Shown here one piece after another: positions 59,351-64,000 of a stretch of DNA of 64,000 bases. Every line of letters begins with the position of its first letter. The first letter of the stretch is position 1. Both the position numbers and the translations under genes were made by a program. This DNA is from an uncultured Acidobacteriota bacterium (GTDB lineage: Bacteria; Acidobacteriota; UBA6911; RPQK01), in the NCBI GenBank assembly GCA_964421755.1, contig CAYQYP010000460.1:17487-81486 (forward strand), read 5' to 3'. Below the pieces are notes generated by a model. The model did no database searches and was not told where the DNA came from. It was given only the letters and a program-made list of their open reading frames with translations.

Positions 59351-60205
59351 ATGCTTTGCCTGGTTTTCTCCCTGTTTTTCCTCCTCGGTGTCGATACTCC
59401 TCCTCCTCCGGAGCTCGCCGCCGCCGTCAAGGACTACTGGAGCCTGATGGCGAAGCCCGACAAATTCGGCGCCCTCAAACACGTGCTGAAGGGTTCAGAG
59501 AACAATTTCATCGCGTCGCACGCGTCTTCGATTCGTTCGTGGAAACTCTCGCAAGTCCAGATGCGTTCCGCCACTGAGGCGGAGGTCGTGGTTGAGACGG
59601 TGGCCTGGTCTCCCGGAACACTTTCTTTTCACACCCGGGAGGCGCGCCACACTTGGATTCACGACGGGATCGCATGGAAAGTGCGCATTCCGAGGCCCCA
59701 GCCCCGTTCCGACCCGGCGCTCCCAAGCGGGGGCAGTGAGAAAAGACCGCTGAAACCTGAGCTGCGGGTTTCCCCGCAAACGATCAAGATTCCTTTTCTC
59801 AACACCGTTCAGAAAATTCGCATCACCATCGCGAACGGCACCGCGAAACCGGCTCGTCTCGAGAAGGTGCAGTTGGACGAAGAGAAGTTCAAGCTGACAG
59901 ACCGGCCGACAGTCGTCGAGCCGCGAGAGAGCGTTCTGATGACCCTTCACTACACGGGGAACGAGATAGCTAAGGACTTGAAGAGCGAGTTGACCCTGAT
60001 CTTTGTGCAAGAGGACCGGGAACAGGTATTTAGGCTTCCGATCATCTACAACTACCTGAGTCCCCAAACGCGGAAATTCTTCGGGCTGAGTGATAAGGCA
60101 GCCGAGAGACTTAAGCGGGGGGACAAGCCGACCCCTGTGGTCAAACCACCTGGCACCCGGAACGCGAAGCCTGCGCCGCGCCCGCTCCAACCCCCGGCTG
60201 GCTAA
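59351..60205 (+). CDS. Hypothetical secreted protein (284 aa), Pro/Lys-rich C-terminus
   Basis: N-terminal hydrophobic segment MLCLVFSLFFLLGV; no recognisable domain. Confidence 0.45.
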   Translation: MLCLVFSLFFLLGVDTPPPPELAAAVKDYWSLMAKPDKFGALKHVLKGSENNFIASHASSIRSWKLSQVQMRSATEAEVVVETVAWSPGTLSFHTREARHTWIHDGIAWKVRIPRPQPRSDPALPSGGSEKRPLKPELRVSPQTIKIPFLNTVQKIRITIANGTAKPARLEKVQLDEEKFKLTDRPTVVEPRESVLMTLHYTGNEIAKDLKSELTLIFVQEDREQVFRLPIIYNYLSPQTRKFFGLSDKAAERLKRGDKPTPVVKPPGTRNAKPAPRPLQPPAG

Positions 60206-61167
60206 GCTCGATTCACCTCGTTGCCCGGCTCCTTCGTCTCATGGCCTGCCACGGGCTTGTCTCCCTTGATGCCGTGGTAAAAGCCCGCTGCCCACCAGAA
60301 AAGGGCGAGCAGGATCAGAGGAGAAAGCAAAATGGTCATCAGACCGTCGCGAGGTGCGGCCACCATCGCTCTCCCAACGATCCGCGGCAGACGCAGAAGA
60401 GGAATCAGGAAGCTGCAGAGGGGCACGCGGCGGAGCCACGATCCAGTTGCGTTGTTCTCCCGGCGGTACCGGCCGCTCCACGAGCCTAGTGCTCTCAGAT
60501 GCGGTAGAACCTTCCGCCAGCGATCCCGGTGATGATGGAGGATCCGGGTCGATGGTTCGAAGTAGCGCCGGCCGGCGGTCCATTTCTCGGACAGCAGCAG
60601 ATCCTCCGCCATGGCGTAATCCTCGGCAAATCCACCCTGCCGCAGGAAGTCGTGCCTGGACACGAGAAGGTTCGAACTCGACAGATGCCGGCGCGGACCG
60701 CCGGGTCCCTTCGGATGGAACTCCGAGAACTCTATCCAGTAGAGCAAGCGGCTGGCAAGCCGGTCGGGGTTGGCGTTTGCTACCGCTCCACCGATCATCC
60801 CCGTGCCTCCCTCTTTCGCGAACCGGTCGACCAGCGCCTTGAGCCAATCCGGCTCTGGGCAGGCGTCTGCATCCAGAAAGGCCAGCAGGTCCCCGGTTGC
60901 GGTCTGTGCCCCGAGATTCCGAGCGGCGCCCGGCAAGCAACGTCTGGAAACGGAAACGATCGTGAGCTGCGGAAATTCGCGGGCGAGCTCCGACCGGGTT
61001 TCATCGTCCGAGGAATCCACGACGAGGATTTCGTGGATCTGTGAAGTGGATCGGTAAAGGGACTTGATCGTGCGTCTGATCAGCGGCCACGACCGGAAGG
61101 ACGGGATGACTACCGAAATCGTCCAGTCCGATGCACGCATGCCGCGACCCGGTTTCGTCTGGCTCAT
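60202..61167 (-). CDS. Family 2 glycosyltransferase
   Basis: VVIPSF...VVDSSDD...DAD motifs of the GT-A fold. Confidence 0.75.
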   Translation of the reverse strand: MSQTKPGRGMRASDWTISVVIPSFRSWPLIRRTIKSLYRSTSQIHEILVVDSSDDETRSELAREFPQLTIVSVSRRCLPGAARNLGAQTATGDLLAFLDADACPEPDWLKALVDRFAKEGGTGMIGGAVANANPDRLASRLLYWIEFSEFHPKGPGGPRRHLSSSNLLVSRHDFLRQGGFAEDYAMAEDLLLSEKWTAGRRYFEPSTRILHHHRDRWRKVLPHLRALGSWSGRYRRENNATGSWLRRVPLCSFLIPLLRLPRIVGRAMVAAPRDGLMTILLSPLILLALFWWAAGFYHGIKGDKPVAGHETKEPGNEVNRA

Positions 61168-62099
61168 CCGTTCCGTTTCGCTGGCGCGCCTTTCAACATC
61201 GGTTCTGCCTGTTCGGCCTTGACTGGCATACGAAAGCCCGCTCCGACAGCTCGTATGATCGTTCTCACACGACCGATTCGAATGGTGGCAAGGTTATACA
61301 GGAGACTCAGGAAGAGGGTGGCGAAAAAAAACGCCCACTTATCCGCACTGACGCGGTATTTGCGAAGAAAGTAAACGGTGTTTCGCCTCGTCCAGAAGAC
61401 CCTGCGGGCGGGATCTTGACGGGTACTGTGCCCCGAATGGTGCCACACCCGCGCGGCAGGACAATAATGGCAATGGAACCCGCCCGCACGTGCCCGCACT
61501 TCGAAGTCCACTTCTTCGTGATACATGAAGTACGCTTCATCGAAGCCGCCGGTCGTCGCAAGCACCTGCGGAGAAACGAGGAGTACGCTTCCCTGGAGGA
61601 GCGATACCTGACGCGACGAGTTCCATTCGGGTGCGTCTTTCGCGCCCTTACCTCGAAAACTGGCCAGGACGTGCGAATACGTTAACTCTCCCCACGCCAT
61701 ATCCAACCTGTCCGGCTGTTCGACTTGGAGAATCTTGGGACCGTAAATGCCCGGGCCGTGTTGTTCCGCACAAGAGACCAGCGAAGATACGGCATCGGTA
61801 TCGAGCAAGACGTCATTGTTTAGGATCAGGTAATAGGCTGGCCCGTGATCGTGCCGGCCGAGGGCGGTATCCTGCAAGGCCCGGTTGATCGCCGCGCCGT
61901 ATCCTTTGTTTTCGTCGAGCCGGATCACCTCGCATTCCGAAGGGATCAGCTGCGGCGATTGGTCCGCGGAGGCGTTGTCGACCACGACAATCCGCAACCT
62001 TGGATAGGAGCTGGAAAGAAGGGATCGCAGGGTCTGCGCGAGCACCGACTTTCCGTTCCAGTTGACACAAATTGCTAGCACTTCGCCATGATCTGCCAT
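61164..62099 (-). CDS. Family 2 glycosyltransferase
   Basis: ICVNWNG...VVDNASAD...KGYGAAINRAL, GT2 rhamnosyltransferase-like. Confidence 0.75.
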   Translation of the reverse strand: MADHGEVLAICVNWNGKSVLAQTLRSLLSSSYPRLRIVVVDNASADQSPQLIPSECEVIRLDENKGYGAAINRALQDTALGRHDHGPAYYLILNNDVLLDTDAVSSLVSCAEQHGPGIYGPKILQVEQPDRLDMAWGELTYSHVLASFRGKGAKDAPEWNSSRQVSLLQGSVLLVSPQVLATTGGFDEAYFMYHEEVDFEVRARAGGFHCHYCPAARVWHHSGHSTRQDPARRVFWTRRNTVYFLRKYRVSADKWAFFFATLFLSLLYNLATIRIGRVRTIIRAVGAGFRMPVKAEQAEPMLKGAPAKRNG

Positions 62100-63064
62100 A
62101 GTCGAGGAAACGAGGCGTCGGGCAGTCTTCGAAGCTGGCGCCTCTTGGCCAAAGCGTTACCGCTCGAGAGGACGCCGGCGCCGATTCCTTTCAGAAAGTC
62201 CCAAGTGTAGCCCGCCTTCAGGAGGTGGAAAAGAAAGCTGCGTGCCCAGCCGACGAACAACCAGGGGAGATTCCGCACCGGTTGAAAAGTCATCATCAGG
62301 CGCCAGCGGTTGCGGGTGATCCAGTAGACGCGGGTCGGCGAATAGTAGGCACGCGTTGACCCGGTGGTATTCAGCTGCTCGGGTGCCGTGCAGTCGGGGT
62401 CGGAGGCTGCCTCCATGTGAAAAACCACCGCCGTCGGAACATACAGGCAGCGAAAGCCCGCGACATGAGCGCGCAGGCAGAAATCGACGTCCTCCAGGTA
62501 CATGTAAAAGTCCTCGTCCAGCAGCCCGACTTTCTCGAACACGGCTCGCCGGACGAACGCGGCACCCGCTGTGGCCGAAAGAACTGGCTCTTGCTTCAAG
62601 TACTCGGAGACTGGGAATCCAGCCCCTCGCTTGTAAGGCAGTCCGGTCCGCCCGTAGCAGTCTCCCGCACTGTCGATTCGGTCACGCCGCCAGTAGTTGA
62701 GCAAGCGTGAGGCAAAGAGCGAGTAATCCGGATTGTCCTGTGCGGCCTGCCAACCCGCCCGCAGCCAACCGGGGTCGGCCTCCGTATCATTGTTCAGAAG
62801 CGCTACCAGGCTGGCACGACTTTCGCGAATGCCTCGGTTTACGGCAGCGGCGAAACCGAGGTTTCGATCGAAGCCGATGCAGTCAACCCAAGGATATTCG
62901 GATCGTACCATGGCGAGTGTGCCGTCAGTCGAGCCGTTGTCGACGACCAGGACCGACCCGCGAATGCTTTGCGCGGCTAACGACTCTAGACAGGTACGCA
63001 GCAAATCGCGCTTGTTCCATGTCGGAATGACCACACAGACGTCGACTTCAGATGCGCTTGCCAT
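62075..63064 (-). CDS. Family 2 glycosyltransferase
   Basis: VVIPTWNKRDLL...VVDNGSTDGT...NLGFAAAVNRG...LNNDTEAD. Confidence 0.75.
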   Translation of the reverse strand: MASASEVDVCVVIPTWNKRDLLRTCLESLAAQSIRGSVLVVDNGSTDGTLAMVRSEYPWVDCIGFDRNLGFAAAVNRGIRESRASLVALLNNDTEADPGWLRAGWQAAQDNPDYSLFASRLLNYWRRDRIDSAGDCYGRTGLPYKRGAGFPVSEYLKQEPVLSATAGAAFVRRAVFEKVGLLDEDFYMYLEDVDFCLRAHVAGFRCLYVPTAVVFHMEAASDPDCTAPEQLNTTGSTRAYYSPTRVYWITRNRWRLMMTFQPVRNLPWLFVGWARSFLFHLLKAGYTWDFLKGIGAGVLSSGNALAKRRQLRRLPDASFPRLWQIMAKC

Positions 63065-63998
63065 TCCGCGCCTTCAGAATTCCGAGGTTATAGTAGTAGC
63101 TCATCAAGTCCGGATAAAAACGGGTCAGATTCGGGCTACGCCTGTACTCTGTAAAACGACAGGCCCAGGCGAGGGCCCGCATGCGAAGGTGATCGAGGAT
63201 TGAGTAGCGCGGCACTCGGAAGACGTTCAGGAATTCCGCCGCCTCTGGGTGAATGCGATAGAAGTTCCATGCCGAGAATCCGACGCGAAGCTGGCGGGCA
63301 ACGAAGGACCTGATTGAGGTGGGGTGAATGTGCCGGCCGACCGCGGACTCTTGGAACACGAGGCGGGTCCCGCTCTTGGATAGTCTCAAACTCAGTTCGA
63401 TGTCTTCCCAGCCGTATTCCTGGAACTCCTCGTTAAAGCCTCCGGAGTCGAGGAACAGGCGTCGTCCGATCGACAGATTGCTGGTATAGAAGAAGTTGAA
63501 GGGAACGGATTCCGGGTCTTTGATCAGAGAGAACCCGAACTGCCAGCCGTGCTCGCCGATGTACTCCATGAAAGGAGTCACCTTGAGACCGTCCCCCCAG
63601 GTCGTGTAACCGATAACGACGACTTTGGAGTCCTCCCCCGTCTGGCCTCTAGTCTGACGGGCTTCCCAGTGCCTTTGCAGGAAATCGACCCGGGGGACGA
63701 TATCATCACCCAGAAACAACAGAAACGATCCCCGGGCGTGGCTCGCGCCCCGATTGCGCGCTGCCCCCTGCTTCCGATTCTCTTGATAGTTGTAAGTCAA
63801 GTCGACTGGAAAGGAGCTTTGCCGTTCTTCGACGACTGAACGCGTGGAGTCCGACGAACCGTCGTCCACCACGATCACCTCGTAGCTGAGACCTCGCGCC
63901 AGATCAGGCGCGCAGACGGACTGTCCGGCCAGTGCACGCAGAGTGTCAGCCAGGATAGGGGCTCTGTTGTAAGTGGGAATGATGACGCTAAATTCCAC
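63048..63998 (-). CDS. Family 2 glycosyltransferase
   Basis: SVIIPTYNRAPIL...VVDDGSSDST...GAARNRGASHA...GDD. Confidence 0.75.
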   Translation of the reverse strand: MEFSVIIPTYNRAPILADTLRALAGQSVCAPDLARGLSYEVIVVDDGSSDSTRSVVEERQSSFPVDLTYNYQENRKQGAARNRGASHARGSFLLFLGDDIVPRVDFLQRHWEARQTRGQTGEDSKVVVIGYTTWGDGLKVTPFMEYIGEHGWQFGFSLIKDPESVPFNFFYTSNLSIGRRLFLDSGGFNEEFQEYGWEDIELSLRLSKSGTRLVFQESAVGRHIHPTSIRSFVARQLRVGFSAWNFYRIHPEAAEFLNVFRVPRYSILDHLRMRALAWACRFTEYRRSPNLTRFYPDLMSYYYNLGILKARNGKRI

Positions 63999-64000
63999 GA

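Overview
This is a 64 kb, high-GC (~60%) bacterial chromosomal segment. The TonB-ExbB-ExbD-ExbD module, multiple ECF sigma/anti-sigma pairs and a Gsp cluster indicate a Gram-negative lineage, possibly Acidobacteriota-like; that placement is inference only. Gene content is mostly conserved housekeeping: HU(partial)-tRNA-Val-thrS-infC-rpmI-rplT-pheS-pheT-zapB-like-zapA, rny-ymdB, uvrA, tgt-yajC-secD-secF, tonB-exbB-exbD-exbD, relA/spoT, rpmB, thiolase+hbd, recA, mutM, sppA, ppdK. Accessory content is a vapBC toxin-antitoxin pair next to a tRNA-Gln, a degraded IS110-family transposase relic, and hypothetical secreted proteins. There is a complete type II secretion (T2SS/Gsp) cluster in the order E-F-G-H-I-J-K-L-M-C-D with no prepilin peptidase, bracketed on both sides by ECF sigma/anti-sigma modules, and a four-gene GT2 glycosyltransferase operon at the right edge. 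The most unusual thing I can see is non-coding. There is a family of intergenic elements built from short tandem repeats (CCCACTG heptamers, GGTCAGCY octamers, GGAGACAAG nonamers, GATYAC hexamers, GGATTKCG octamers). They start immediately after stop codons and in three places form long imperfect palindromes that fill the whole space between genes. A separate REP-like hairpin (GGAGCGCGGACGTC...GTCCGCGCTC) recurs three times. The six-frame track contains many long antisense shadow ORFs typical of high-GC DNA, which I reject. No rRNA or CRISPR was found. I see no recognisable defence-system genes, but I could not run any homology or motif search.
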